A stretch of 64,000 nucleotides of DNA from Caecitellus pseudoparvulus (Eukaryota; Protista; Bigyra: Bicosoecida): assembly GCA_965644315.1 (NCBI GenBank), contig CBFFRQ010000065.1, positions 1 through 64,000 of the forward strand, given 5' to 3'. The notes beneath the pieces were generated by a model. The model was not told where the DNA came from, ran no database searches, and saw only the letters and a list, made by a program, of their open reading frames with translations. The position numbers were made by a program, and so were the translations under genes. Of this stretch, positions 12,401 to 24,691 are shown piece after piece (the stretch's first letter is position 1; each line of letters starts with the position of its first letter).

Positions 12401-15400
12401 CGACCATGGTGTAGTTCAGGCTGTCCCCGGAAGCTGCGATGTCGACATCGGAGCCGAAAACAGAGCCCAGCACTGTGCCGCTGGGGGCACCCTCGATGGT
12501 ACTGAAAGAGAAATCCTCCAACACTGGTGCCTCGTTCACGTTGGTGAGGTCCACAGTCACCTGCCCTTGCGAAGACAGGCCCCCGTCGTCCTGGATGATG
12601 ATTGGGAATGTCATCGAGCGAGTACCTTCGAAGTTGAAGCTGGCGTCGTCTCCGTCAGTGTCAACGCCGGCCGAGACGTCGGTCCTCAGGACACCGGCCG
12701 CGTCGATGGAGAAGAAAGCTGCACCCACAGTGTTGTTCGGGAAGGAGAAGGTGTGGTGAGTCGGTACCGTGTCGCCTGCATCCACATCAGTCCCGGACAC
12801 AGTGCCCACGACATGCCCATCTCCAGTGTTTTCGGCGAAAGTGAACACCTGCCCAGAGGTGAGCACTGGGGCTTCGTTGACGTCTTGCACGTTGATGGTG
12901 ATTGTGGTTGTCGAGGAGAGGGAACCATCGGTCACCCTCGCAGTCAGGGTGTGGCTGGAAATGGCCTCAAAGTTCAGGCGCTGCACAGCGGTGACGACGC
13001 CTGACGAAGAATCCACGCCAAAGAAGTCAGTTGCGCCACCAGTGAAGTCAAAGAACAGCAGGGGTGTCACGACTGTTGGGTCTCCGCCAGGCCCCACGTC
13101 CGGGTCAGACGCCTGCAATGCAGCGGCGAGCGCATGGGGAATGCTCACCTCTTCGTTCACCGTGAGGGTGGTGGGAGGATCGAACGCGGGCGCTTCGTTC
13201 ACGTTCCGCACGGAAATGGTGATGACTGCGGTGTCACTGGCAGCGGGGTAGGTCTGAGGGTTCAAGCTGCGGGTGCTCATGTCCAGACCATTGTCAGTCA
13301 CGCGCACCGTGAGCTCGTAGCGGGCGAGGGTCTCGAAGTCCACCGAGTCAATGGTGTACACTTCGCCAACCATGGTGGACTCGAGGCCCGGGGCAGTTGC
13401 TGGGCGGATGCCAAACGGCATGCTGAACCCGGGGGGCACCCCCGTGAAGTTCGCCCCACCAGGCATGTTGCCAAACTTGTATCCCGCGATCTCCCACGAC
13501 ATGACAGTGCGCCCGATTGCACTTGCGTTGAACTCTTGGTCCTCGGCGAACACGTGGCCAACAATGGTGCCAGCTGGCACATTTTCGTTCACGGTCATGG
13601 TGCCGTCAGGGATGACGGGGGCATCGTTCACGTCCAAGATTTCAACGATGAACGGTTGCACGGAGCCCAGCTCCTGGCCATCAGCGATGCGCAGCTCCAG
13701 GGCCACGTCTGGGCTGTCCAGCGCTTCGAAGTTCAAGCTGGTCCCGCCAGCCAGGGAAATGACACCAGTTGAGGCGTGGATCTGGAAGCGGCTGCCGTCC
13801 TGCCCAGTGATGGAGAAGCGCTTCTCAAGCCAGGTGAGGTCAACTGCGTAGCGATCGGGGTCATCCACGGTGGGAGCGTTCGGGGTGACGGAGGCGCCTG
13901 TGGCAGAATTCTCCTCGATCCAGAAGCGGGAGCCAGGCGCCTGGGTGAAGAATGGCGCCTCGTTAATGTCCATGATGCGCACTGTGACTTCCGGGGATGG
14001 GTCCAAGCCACAGGGACTCGTGATGGCGTTGTCATTCACATCCACCGTCAGAGTGAACATGGGCTCGGCCGAGCCTGGCGTAGAGTCACGCAACGCCTCG
14101 TAGTCGAAGTCTGAAGGAACTGTTGTGGCCACGCTCAGCTGCCCGGAGCAAGAGCCCATGGCAAAGACATCCGACAAGATGGCAGACGCGGCGTTGGAGG
14201 TGATGCTGGTGATGTTGTACTGCACCTCGTCAGCAATGTCTTCGTCTGTGACCACCACCGTGTGCAAGGCGCCGCCCACTGCTGTGGCCTTGGCTGGGTT
14301 CTCCTCCAGCTCGTACGGTACGAGGTTGTCCAGATTGTCCGTGCAGGGTGCTTCAGTGGTGGAGCTGCATAGCTTTGGGCAGTCGTTCTCATCCACGATA
14401 TCCACCTCAATGGTGCATGTAGAAGTGAAAGATGTTAAGTTAGTAGCTAGGTTACCAGGTGTAGTGGCTGTTACCTCGATGATGAACTTGTCGCACTGCT
14501 CAAAGTTGGGCACGGCGATGGGCGCGCTACCCCCGGAGTGAGTCACCTCCACGCGGCGGGGACCGGTCAATTCGTCAAGCAAAGCGCCGCTTGATGAACT
14601 TGGCGGGCAGCCGGGTGCTGGGTCGATTTTACGGGTGTAGGACAACACCTCTTCAGCAGTACCTGAGTCGTACTGCTCCGCGCGAATGACCAGATCGGGG
14701 AAGGCCTGGTGCTCAGACCACATGACGTTTCCAGTGGCCTGCGTGACGCTGCCTGGCACATTTGTGCAGCCCTCCACCCACGTCACTCGCTTGTATCGAA
14801 TACCATCCACGCAGGATTCACCCTCTCCGCATTTCGCTTGCCCAGATCGCTGCTTCGGGTCGTCATTGGGACCGTCAGGGGTGGAATAGAAACCAGTGGA
14901 CACTGGGGAAGTGTCTGTGCTTCCCGGTGGGCAGTACACAGTCGCAGGCTTGGACACTGCGGCGCCACACTGCACAGCAGTGGGCGTTGTGGAGCCATCG
15001 GGGCAGATGAAGCCACCGTCACACTGGCCGGTGCACTGGTTGCTCGTGAGGGCCCGCTGGTCTCCGTACCGCCCAGCAGGGCACTGGTACCGCCGCCCGC
15101 CGGAGCAATAGAAGCCAGCCTCGCACTCTTCTTGGTCTGTGCGAGTAGTGGGTGTGTTGCCAGTGGAGTAGAAGCCATCGTTCACGGAGATGAAGGTGCC
15201 CGAGCCGGCAGGGCAAACCCGAGTCACAGCGCCACACTGCTGTTCCTCAGCAGAGTCAGACCCCGCAGGGCACATGTACCCTGCAGAGCACAGGCCAGCG
15301 CACAGGGAGCTGCTCTCGCCTGGGGTGCCGTACCGGCCAGCAGGGCAGGGAAGCTGCTGAGGGTTGGTGTTGATGGTGCCAGAGGGGCAGTAGTACCCTG

Positions 15401-17447
15401 CGTCGCACAGACCGCTGCACGCATCTGTCTGCTGCCCTGCGCTGTCACCGTACCGGCCTGCGGGGCACTGGTTGGCGTTGGACGCAGTGGAGCCCGGAGG
15501 GCAGTAGTACCCCGCAATGCACTCGCCAGAGCAGACAGGGGAGGTCAGCCCCACGACAGCGCCATAACGCCCAGCTGGGCACAGGATGCAGTCAGCTGCG
15601 CTCTGAGCATTGCCGGAGGCTTGGTACCGCCCGAGGGGGCAGGCATTGCAGTTGGGGCCGGACAGGAAAGAGCCGGGGGGGCACGCATCAAAGAACTGGT
15701 ATGTTCCCACGTTCACCCACAAGTCGCAAGAGGCGTAGTTGGACACCTCCACAGTGGCCTGGCGGGAAGTGGAAGGGTTGCCCTGGCTCAAGTCAGCCTC
15801 GTTGGGCATGGCGCAGATGACTCGGTTGCCGTTGTACTGCGTCAGCCACACGGCACGCACCAAAATGGTGTGTGTGGAGCCGGCGCCATTCGTGTATGAG
15901 AACTTGCACATCAGGTCAGGGCCTCGCAAGAAGTTGGAGCCGTCCAGCGTGAGAGCGGTGGCAGTAATAGACTCGCCGCTCTGAGGCCCCCAGGAGGAAA
16001 TGGTGGGGGGGCTGGACAAACTGCTAGCCGCAGGGACGTACAGCGAGATGGACTCGGGCGCTCCCACACCCAGGGCATCGTCACGAGGCACGAGGGTGAC
16101 ACGGTGGCTGCCGGACTGGTCGGCTCGCGGGTTCCAGGTGAAGTCGTAGTACTTGACGTTGGATGGCGTGGAGGTCTGAGGGGTGATTGTGGCACCCACC
16201 GGCAGATCGCCCGATGTCACCTGAACCTTGTCGCAAGTGTCAATGTAGTCAGCTGCGCCAAGGGTGAAGGTGGTGGTCTGCCCTGGGGGGAAACAAGAGG
16301 GCAGGCCTGTGCCAGCCACCCACGGCGAGGGCGGGATGAACACCGGCGCGGCGTTGTTCTCGCAGTTGCACGAGCCAGCACAGTTGGAGTTGGATGTGCA
16401 GACTTGGCAGCGGGGAGTGCACTTGCAGTACTTCTTAGGCTGCACGGTCTTCATGATGAAGTCCACGGTGATCTCGCTATATGAGTCGGAGATCTTGATC
16501 ATGCCGCAGAAGAGGTAGTTCTGAGGGCTGGGCGGGTGGAACGCGACCACCCCGGAGGTGGACCCCACCTGCCATACGGATGCGCCAGCTTGGTGGGGAA
16601 GAGGGTCTGACGATGAGCCAGTCATGTCGGAAGCCGAGCCGAGGGAGTAAGTGAGGGGATCGACATCATCGTCAGCTGCGCCCATCACCCACTCGTTGCG
16701 CTGCCCCGCGATGACCTCTTGGATGGGTATCTGGGACGTGACAGGGGACGAGTTCTTCCACGTGTTACTGCCGAAGCGGCGCAAGTCCACGGTTGTCGTC
16801 AAACGCCAGGACCGGTGAGCCATGTTGCGCAGGCCACCAATACGGCAGCAGGAGCTGTACAGGCCGCTGTAGGGACCCTGACCGGGGAACGTAAACACAG
16901 TTTCCCGAGTGGCAGTGAACCAGTCTTCAGCAGCATTTGTTTGCGTGATTGACTGCGCGTGGAGCGTTGGGTAAGCCAAGAGCCGTGAATGCAACGTGTG
17001 AGGTGTACCAGCGGAATTGCGCTGCACACACCATTGGCGAAAACGACACAGTTCCTGCACCAGAAAAGCTCATGCCGCCACCGATTCTGTTCGTTGTTGT
17101 ACCTTGCTGGGCACCAAACCAGTTTCGCCTGCGAATGCCCGAGAGAGCGGCGCGAGGTTGTTGTCGAGCACGTCAGCTCGAGCAGCAGCTCGCGCGCCAC
17201 GCACCACGCCAGCATGATGTTGAAGCGGACCTGGATGTTGCTGGTTTGAGAGAAGGCACTGGGATTCACAGGCTTCCAGTTCACGTTGCCGTAGCTGCGA
17301 TCGAGGCAAGCAGGGGGGCAAACGTGCAAGTCTCGCTGCCCGACGAGGTGGGCCACGGTCGGCAGGCTCGACGTACCGATAGTGAGACCCGAGGACGGGG
17401 CTCACTGCTGCCACAAGCAGCAGCAATGTTGAGAGGAGCCCCCTCAT
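3444..17447 (-). CDS. Giant (~4,600 aa) cell-surface adhesion receptor: signal peptide, Sib-like N-terminal module, IPT, Cys-rich GCC/TNFR-like repeats, ~10 cadherin domains, multiple IPT/TIG domains, EGF-like region and nine-TM domain (nonagonal-cadherin-like)
   Basis: 4538-aa ORF plus three short 5' exons. Signal peptide MRGLLSTLLLLVAAVSPVLG starts at 17447; first intron 17376-17295. Cadherin Ca-linker motifs (DENDCP, DINEAP, DVNDAP, NVNEAP, DVNEAP, DENEAP) and LNFE/LDYE-type motifs, CPAGRYG repeats, GxNFG IPT motifs, and nine hydrophobic segments near the C-terminus. The true C-terminus may extend to ~2917. Confidence 0.88.
11100..14700 (-). repeat. Tandem array of ~10 cadherin extracellular domains within the giant receptor
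   Basis: About ten DxNxxP-type linkers at ~100-120 aa spacing, with FDYE/LNFE/VDFE/LDHE/IDYE/LDYE and AxD/VxD motifs between them. Confidence 0.85.
14800..15690 (-). repeat. Cys-rich GCC2/GCC3 (ephrin-receptor/TNFR-like) repeats within the giant receptor
   Basis: Repeated CPAGRYG...C(S/A/T)GxCxAGYxCPxGS units. Confidence 0.8.
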
Positions 17448-18434
17448 AGTGTCTGCTGCCAGCTGCGAGCCACAAAGAGCTTGCTTCTGAGGCCAAGCAC
17501 AGGGGGCGAGCAGCAAGTTGAAACGCTGGTGGAACTTGCGCGCTGGCACAGAACCACGTGCGCAGGTGATCTACAAGCAGCGAAAACGCCGCTGCGAGTA
17601 GTGTATACGTAGGCGTGTTCGAGGTAGGCAAAGTTGTCAAGTTTTGATGAGCTACCGAGGTGTTCTGCAACATGGTCCTCGGCATGTGTGAGGGGGGTGC
17701 AGCTCGCAGAATCGAGGGGGGGTGTGCCTGGCCTTGGGCGACGAACCACGGAAAGGGACCGAGCCAAGGCAGCCAGACACGTGTAAGGGGTGCACACATT
17801 CAGGGTGGTCCAGCATGAGAGCTTCTGGCTTGCTCAACACGCTTGCAGGTGGCTGCCTGAGCAGACTTTGCAGTTCAAGCTCACAGGCCAAGGCTCGCAA
17901 GGCACAGGCACGAGGAGGGGCTTGATGCCCTGGTTGTTTCGCGCTGCAACATGGACACCTGTTGTTGCTGGCTTCATATGGCCTGGCGCCCTGGCATCGA
18001 GCCTTGCTGCTGGACAGGAGAGCCGAAGCATGTCCCCGGGCTCCACCGTGGTCATCCTCAGCCAGGCGTGTACGCACAGGCAGAAGCGCTGGGAAATGGT
18101 AGGCTGTTATGGGGGCAGGCCTTGCATTACAAGACTTCCCTACTGTGGCTTTCTTCTTCGTGGATCGGGGGGGGCAGCGCACAAGCCCAGTGCTACATGT
18201 CGTCCCCTCGAACAAGAACACAAAACTGAAACCAAATTTGGCAGCCCTGAGGTAACCACCACCGAGAAGAGCTGCGAGACGCCCTGCTCACTTGGAACAG
18301 TGACGCCCGTTTGTGTGTGGAAGCGACAACTCACGTGGCAGGAGGCGGATAGACACCTGGCCGCCAATTTCGCCGGCAGCCGAGCCACACACCTTGATAC
18401 AAGTTGAAAGAGGCTGCCATCCGGGTCTGAAAAA

Positions 18435-20552
18435 ATGGCGGCTCAATCCGGGGCTGTCGCGTCCAAGGCAGCGGCGAGCCTGCAACCAAGTTTGCGCCGA
18501 GACCACAAAGTACGGCTGCAAAGGCCTTTGCCAGCGCAACCGTGGCACCCATTCAGCACGCTCCTCCATCGCACAGAGGGAAGTTGGGCGACGTTCTCAG
18601 CTCTCTAAGCAGCGGCGAGAGAAAGCCATGAAGCGACGCCGCCAGTGAGTAGAGCTCCAAGTGTGGCCTTGGCAGGCGCACCAAATTCCGCAAGGTTGGC
18701 CACCTCTTTCCGCCACAGGGCTGCCATGGGTGAAGCAAAGGTTGAGGATGTGACTGAGCGAGCAGTGAAGGATGCATTAGAGGTCCTTGATTCCCGCACG
18801 GTTGGTCTGGAGCCCCGCATCGCTGCGCTGGCCGTGATCCGCAAAGCAACGGCAGGTGACACGCCCGCCCTTGCCGAGCTCGCTTGCTCTGCCGGCATTG
18901 TCCGCGTCCTGTGCGTAGCGTTGCAGCAGTGGGATGTTGGCGCCAAGCTTGAGGCAGCCTGGTGCCTGTCCAACATTGCCGCAGGCTCTGACGCACACAC
19001 GGAGGCAGCGTGCGCAGCTGCACCATACCTCGTCGCGCTGTTGACGTCGGGCAACCCGCTGCTGGCAGAGCACGCGGCGTGGGGACTGGGCAACCTCGCC
19101 ACCACTCCAGATTCCCGCGCTGCGGTCATGGCTGCTGGCGCCATGCAGCCCCTCGTGGACTGCATCGTCGCCGGCCTGGAGGCGGAGCTTGCCCGCGTCG
19201 CACGTGCCAACCCTGCGTCCGCACCCTCCAGCGAAGCCGAGGAGCCGCGGGTTGTGGTGGCTCGTGTTGCGGCGTGGGCCGCCACCAACCTCCTGCACCG
19301 CACCGCCAAGGCCCTACCCTTCCTGGCCGCAGGCCTGGCGCCTGCTCTGGCCAAAGTGTACTCCGCCCTGTGGCAGGCAGGGCAGGGAGGGGGGGTGCCT
19401 GGACCCACCCTGCCAGCCTTCAGTCGGCCAGTGCTTTTCGAAGTGGCCTGGCTCTCAGCGTACATCGCAGCCCGCGAGGAGGCCGCTGTGCAGGTGCTGG
19501 TGGAGAGTGGCGCTATGGGGGCGGCGTTAGGGCTGCTGGCCGCACAGCACCCGCCCTTGGTGGTGCCGGCGCTGCGTCTGCTGGGCAACATCGCCGGCTG
19601 CGGCGTGCCTGCGTGGAACGAAGCCCTGGTGTCCGGGCCTGGTTTGTTGCAGGCGCTGGGGCAGTTGTTGGAGGGGGGGGCGGCGCAGGGGGGCACAGAC
19701 GCCCAGCAAGCCTTCGTGTTCCGACTGGAGGCCATGTGGGTGCTGGGGCAGCTGGCGGTGACTCATGCTGGGAGCCTCGTGGCGGGGGGGCTCGTGCCGG
19801 CCATGTCTCGGCACCTGACGCCTCCATGGCACCTGCTCACCACCACCATGACAGCCCTGTACAACATCCTCCGCCACGGGGCCACAGCGCCAGTGGGGGG
19901 CGGCAGCACAGCTCCCACAGCGCTTGCCATGACGCCCACCCACACCAGCTCCGTGGCAGGCAGCACAGCCACCGCCACGCCGGCCCCGCCACCACCCCCT
20001 GCTGCAGCCTCTTCAGACAGGGGCATTAGCCTGTCCCCGCCTTCCCTGACACCGCCGCCCTTCTTGCGAGACGTCCTGGACCAGCCAGGCGTGCTGCAGG
20101 CGTTCATTGACGGCTTGAACAAGCCCGACCTGTCCGTCGTCCACCGCTGCCTGAGCGTGGTGGACATGGCCCTGCGCTTCCTGCCAGACGGGGCCCAGCG
20201 GGTGGAAATGATGGGGGGGGTGGACGCCCTGTCCACCCTGGTCATGCGGGGGCCGGGCGACTCCAGCAGTGTGGAGGTGGCTGGCTTGACGAGCGAGGCA
20301 GAGGCCCTCTCCTCCTGGGCCGAGGACTTGTACGATCGCTTCTTCGCAGACAGCGATGGCGAGGGGGAGCATGCCGCGGAACTGCCGCAGGGCCAGCTGA
20401 CTCTGGGCGCCTGGGCATCCAAGCCCCTGCCTTTGGCTGCTGGTTTCCTGCAGGCTGGCGAAGCAGGCAGCCCCGAGCCTGCCACTGGCCCACGCGTGCC
20501 GAAGACGGCCAACCTGCCAGCTTGGGCGACGAAGGGAAGTGACCCTGCCTGA
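18435..20552 (+). CDS. Importin-alpha/TMCO6-like armadillo-repeat protein
   Basis: ARM motifs EAAWCLSNIAAG, AAWGLGNLA, EVAWLSAYI and ALRLLGNIA. Two short upstream exons (ATG 18435) encode a basic IBB-like segment, RRSQLSKQRREKAMKRRR, joined by GT-AG introns. Confidence 0.75.
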
Positions 20553-20851
20553 CGTGGAATCCGGAATGCACGCATGGCTTGCTGGCAGCTCAGTGCAGGC
20601 AGTTGGTCACAAGTATGTGTGTGTGTAAGCGTGCGGCGTGGGGGAGGCGGAGCAAGCGGGCCGGCTCGTAGGGCGTTACAGCGGGAGGGTCACAAGCAGG
20701 GATGTGAACGGCCGCCACGTGGCGCAAAAGCTCACGGGGGCACATACATTTCACCCCACAAACTCACCGCCTCCGCAGTGTGCTTTCACCGTGTGCTGTA
20801 GCTGGTGCTGTCTCCGGGCTGGGCCACAATACAGCGCGAGGCAGTGCAGGC

Positions 20852-23800
20852 ATGGCGTTTCATGGCTACGGCGGGCCTCCAACTGGCCCCGGCCAGGCTC
20901 CCGCTCCCGCGGGGCAGCCAGGACCATACCCTTACACGCAGCCACAAGCTGCAGGACCTCCAGCCTCACAAGGAAGTGCGTGAGCTGGTTATTGCGTGAT
21001 AGCCCGTTGTCAGCGGGCCTGGCGGTGCCTCCGGATGGTGTCGCACAGCCAGCTTTTACCGCAGCTTGCCTCTGCGCCAGTGGCGGAAGAAGCCGTGTGC
21101 GGGACAAAGTGCGGGTACATCCATGTCGCAAACGTACACTTTGCGTTCCTATGCTGGGTTGCTGCCCCAAAGGCCACTTGACGCTGCTGGTGCCACTGCC
21201 TGCCTTGCGGCATTACACTTCCTGCTGACGGAGCTTTGCAAGCGCCAGGCCCCCGTTCACGCGCCCCCTGCCTTTTCGCAGTTCCACCGACATCCTATGG
21301 TGGTCCTCCCACCATGGGTATGCCTCCGACTTCAGCTGGACCCCCTACAGCCACGACAGGTGCGTGTAGCTTCGCGGCACTGGCTCTGGACCTACACCTG
21401 GCACGCTGTGACCTCCTCTGCGCCTTCAGGTGTACCTGCAGGGGGCTTCGCCCCACCTCCCGCACCAACACAGTTCCAGCAGCCTCCTGCACCAAGTGTA
21501 GGAGGAGGTCCACCGACAGGCATGGGTGGGCCACCAACAGGCATGGGTGGTCCACCAACCGGCATGGGCGGCCCACCAACCGGCATGGGCGGCCCACCGA
21601 CAGGCATGGGCGGCCCACCTACCAGCATGGGAGGTCCACCAACGGGCATGGGTGGCCCACCGACAGGTATGGGTGGCCCACCGACAGCCATTGGTGCCCC
21701 GCCGACAACTGGTGTCACCGCACCAGCCATGCCTAGCAGTGTGAAGTTCATGAACCCATTCGGCGGAAGCGGCGACGGGGGGCAGCCTGCCCCAGTAGGC
21801 ACAGCTGGCGGTTTGATTGCTGCTCCCTCCGGTGCCATGCCCGCGACAGGAGCGCCCAACATCCCCACCGCCACAGTGGATGCGTCCAAGAACTGCCGTC
21901 CAGAGTACATGTCTGTGACCATGGACCGCATCCCCGCCACGCAGAGCCTGCTGGCGAAGACGTGCCTGCCGCTGGGCCTGTGTATCCAGCCGATGGCGGA
22001 AGCGCCTGGCCTGCCTGACCGGCCGCTGGTGGACTTCGGCCAGGTCGGCGTCATTCGCTGTGAAAATTGCCGGGCGTACATCAACCCCTTCGTGGAGTGG
22101 CTGGAGAACGGGACTCAGTGGCAGTGCAACTTCTGTGGCAGCTTGAACGTGACGCCCTCTGGGTACTACTGCGGCCTGGACTCAGAGGGCCGCCGGCATG
22201 ACCTGGCCAAGCGCCCTGAGCTGTGCACGGGGTCCGTGGAGATGGTGGCGCCGGACGAGTACATGGTGCGGGCCCCCGTCGCACCAGCCTACGTCTTCGT
22301 CCTGGACGCCTCCTTCAACGCCGTGCAGAGCGGCATGCTGGAGGCAGCCTGCGAGGCCATCCTGGAGTCCCTGGACAACCTGCCAGGCGGCGACCGCACC
22401 CAGGTGGCCTTCCTCACCTACTCCACAGCGGTGCACTTCTACTCCCTGCGCCCTTCAGCTTCCGCCCCCGCCATGCACGTCGTTGCCGACATCGACGACT
22501 TGTTCATGCCCACTTCTGGGGAAGACCTGCTGGTGAACTTGACTGAAGCGCGGCCCCTGGTGGAGGCACTGCTGGAGACACTGCCAGCCATGCACGCCAA
22601 CAGCAAGGCCGCCGACACGTGCCTGGGCTCTGCCCTCAACGCCGCCTACGCCATCATGCAGCACCTGGGCGGCAAGATGGTGGTGTGCCTGTCCCACCTG
22701 CCCTCCCAGGGCGCAGGCAAGCTGCAGCAGCGAGAGGGGCCCCGCATGCTGGGCTCCGACGACGAGTTCAAGCTGCTGGCGCCCGATGTCGGCGTTGGCG
22801 GCTCCTTCTACCGCAACCGGGCCGTGGACTTCTCCCGCCAGCAGATCTCCGTGGACGTCTTCATGCTGGGCAACCAGTACACTGACGTGGCCACCATTGG
22901 CAGCATGGCGCGGTACACCGCCGGGCAGGCCTTCTTCTACCCACACTACCAGGGACAGGTGGACGCGCCCCGCCTGCAGGCTGACCTGCTGCACACACTC
23001 ACCCGTACGACAGGGTTCGAGGCAGTCATGCGCGTGCGCGTGTCTGCTGGGCTCAGCATCTCCAACTTCTACGGCAACTTCTTCATCCGGGGGCAGGACC
23101 TGCTCACGCTGCCCAACATCACCCCCGACACGGCCTTCAACGTGGAGATGGCGCACGGAGCGGCCTCCCTCGCCCCAGGCGCCGTCGTCGCCGTGCAGGG
23201 CGCACTGCTGTACACCACCGCCGACGCCCAGAGGCGCATCCTCGTGCACACCATGGCCATCCCCGTCACCACCCTGCTGTCGGAGGTGTTCAGCGCCGCC
23301 AACGTCGACGCAGTGCAGAACATGATCGCCAAGGTGGCCCTGGACACCGCCCTGCGCAACGGCCTGCCTGCCTGCCGCCGCTACCTGCACCGCGTGGTGG
23401 TGGAGGTGTCCAGGGCATACGCCTCCAGCGAGTCCCCGCTGGGCGTGCCACAGCCCGCGGCGGGCGGCGGTGTGAACCTCCCTGAGTCCCTGCAGCTCCT
23501 GCCGCTGTACTCCATGGCCCTGCAGAAGAGCATCGTGTACCGGGGTGGCAGCGACATCTCCTCCGACGAGCGGGCGCACCTCGTGTACACCATGCTCACC
23601 ATGCCCGCCCTCAAGTGCCGTGCGTACTGCTACCCCCGCCTCTTCTCCCTGCACGACATGGAGGAGGGCGCAGGGCGCCCCGTGCCTGACGGCGTCGACG
23701 TGGACCCCGATGACGTCGCAGGCTACTCCCGCATCCGCCTGCCTGCCACCCTGCACAACACCGAGTCTGCGCTGGACGCCGGTGGTGTCTACCTCCTGGA

Positions 23801-24485
23801 CGACACCGTGGAGATGTTCCTGTGGGTGGGCTCTGCCGCGCCTTCGGGGCTGCTGCAGGCGCTCTTCGGCGTGCCGTCCCTGGCCGGCGCCAACACGGCA
23901 GGCCTGCTCCTGCTGCCCTTGGAGAACGACTACTCGACGAGGGTACTGGCCATTGTGAACGCCCTGCAGGAGTCCGCATGCCCCCAGCAGCGCCTGCGGG
24001 TGGTCTGCCAGGGTGCAGGGGGCTACCTCGAAAGCCGCTTCAAATACCGCATGGTGGAGGACGGCCAGAACTTCACAGGCGGAACCCTGGCGTACGCAGA
24101 GTACCTCGCAACAGTGGCCCGTGAAACAGCCGCCGTCGGTGCTGGTGCCCCCGGTGGCGGCAACGTGCCGCCTCCGCAAGCAGGCCCTCCCAGCCAAAGC
24201 CAGCCTCAGCATGGAGCGCCCGTGGCCGGGAGCATGGGCGGCCCTCCACCATCTGGCGCACCACCCCGACAGCAGGTGCCGCCGACAGCTGGCTCAACAC
24301 CCGGCTTTGGGGGGCCACCACCCATGACGGGTGGGCCACCCGCTCATGGTGGGCCCCCGACCAGCGGACCGCCCCCCGTACAGGGTGGGCCGCCTCCCAT
24401 GCAGGGTGGTGGGCCACCCATGGGAGGTCCTCCCATGGGGGGGCCTCCAACAGGCGGCTTCGGACCGCCTCCATCTCGCCGCTAA
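20852..24485 (+). CDS. SEC24: COPII coat subunit Sec24 (Sec24A/B type)
   Basis: Zinc finger RCENCRAYINPF...WQCNFC, trunk-domain motifs EYMVRAP..YVFVLD and GFEAVMRVRVS, LPESLQLLPLY, and gelsolin-like GVYLLD..EMFLWVG. The Pro/Gly-rich N-terminus is split by introns; ATG at 20852. Confidence 0.95.
21504..21692 (+). repeat. 21-bp coding tandem repeat (GGPPTGM x ~9) in the Sec24 N-terminus
   Basis: Units such as ggcggcccaccaaccggcatg, varying at synonymous positions. Confidence 0.95.
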
Positions 24486-24691
24486 TGAGTTCAAATTCAT
24501 GCCAACGGCAGTGCCTTCCGCAGCCCATGCTCAGCTCACCGTTCCAGAGGCCGGCAAAGGGAGAGTGCGGAATTTGCGTTGGCTTGGAGCATCGCTGAGC
24601 ACAGCCCCCTGCCGAACGCTCCACAACAGAAAGGGTTTCAGCGGCGTGCCGAAGGCATATAGGCAGGCTCTGGAACTCAGTGGAACTCACC

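Noticed and set aside
17450-18430. Short ORFs between the giant receptor and the ARM gene
   Set aside because: They show no codon bias or motifs. This is most likely a divergent promoter and 5' UTR region.
21504-21692. Short direct repeats that could suggest a CRISPR-like array
   Set aside because: The 21-bp units are contiguous with no unique spacers and vary at synonymous positions. They encode GGPPTGM within Sec24, and the context is eukaryotic.
22455-24212. Long antisense ORFs (585 aa here; also 38301-40052, 34232-35764, 4179-5426, 50273-51514)
   Set aside because: These are shadow ORFs opposite real genes, expected from high GC3, and show no recognisable motifs.
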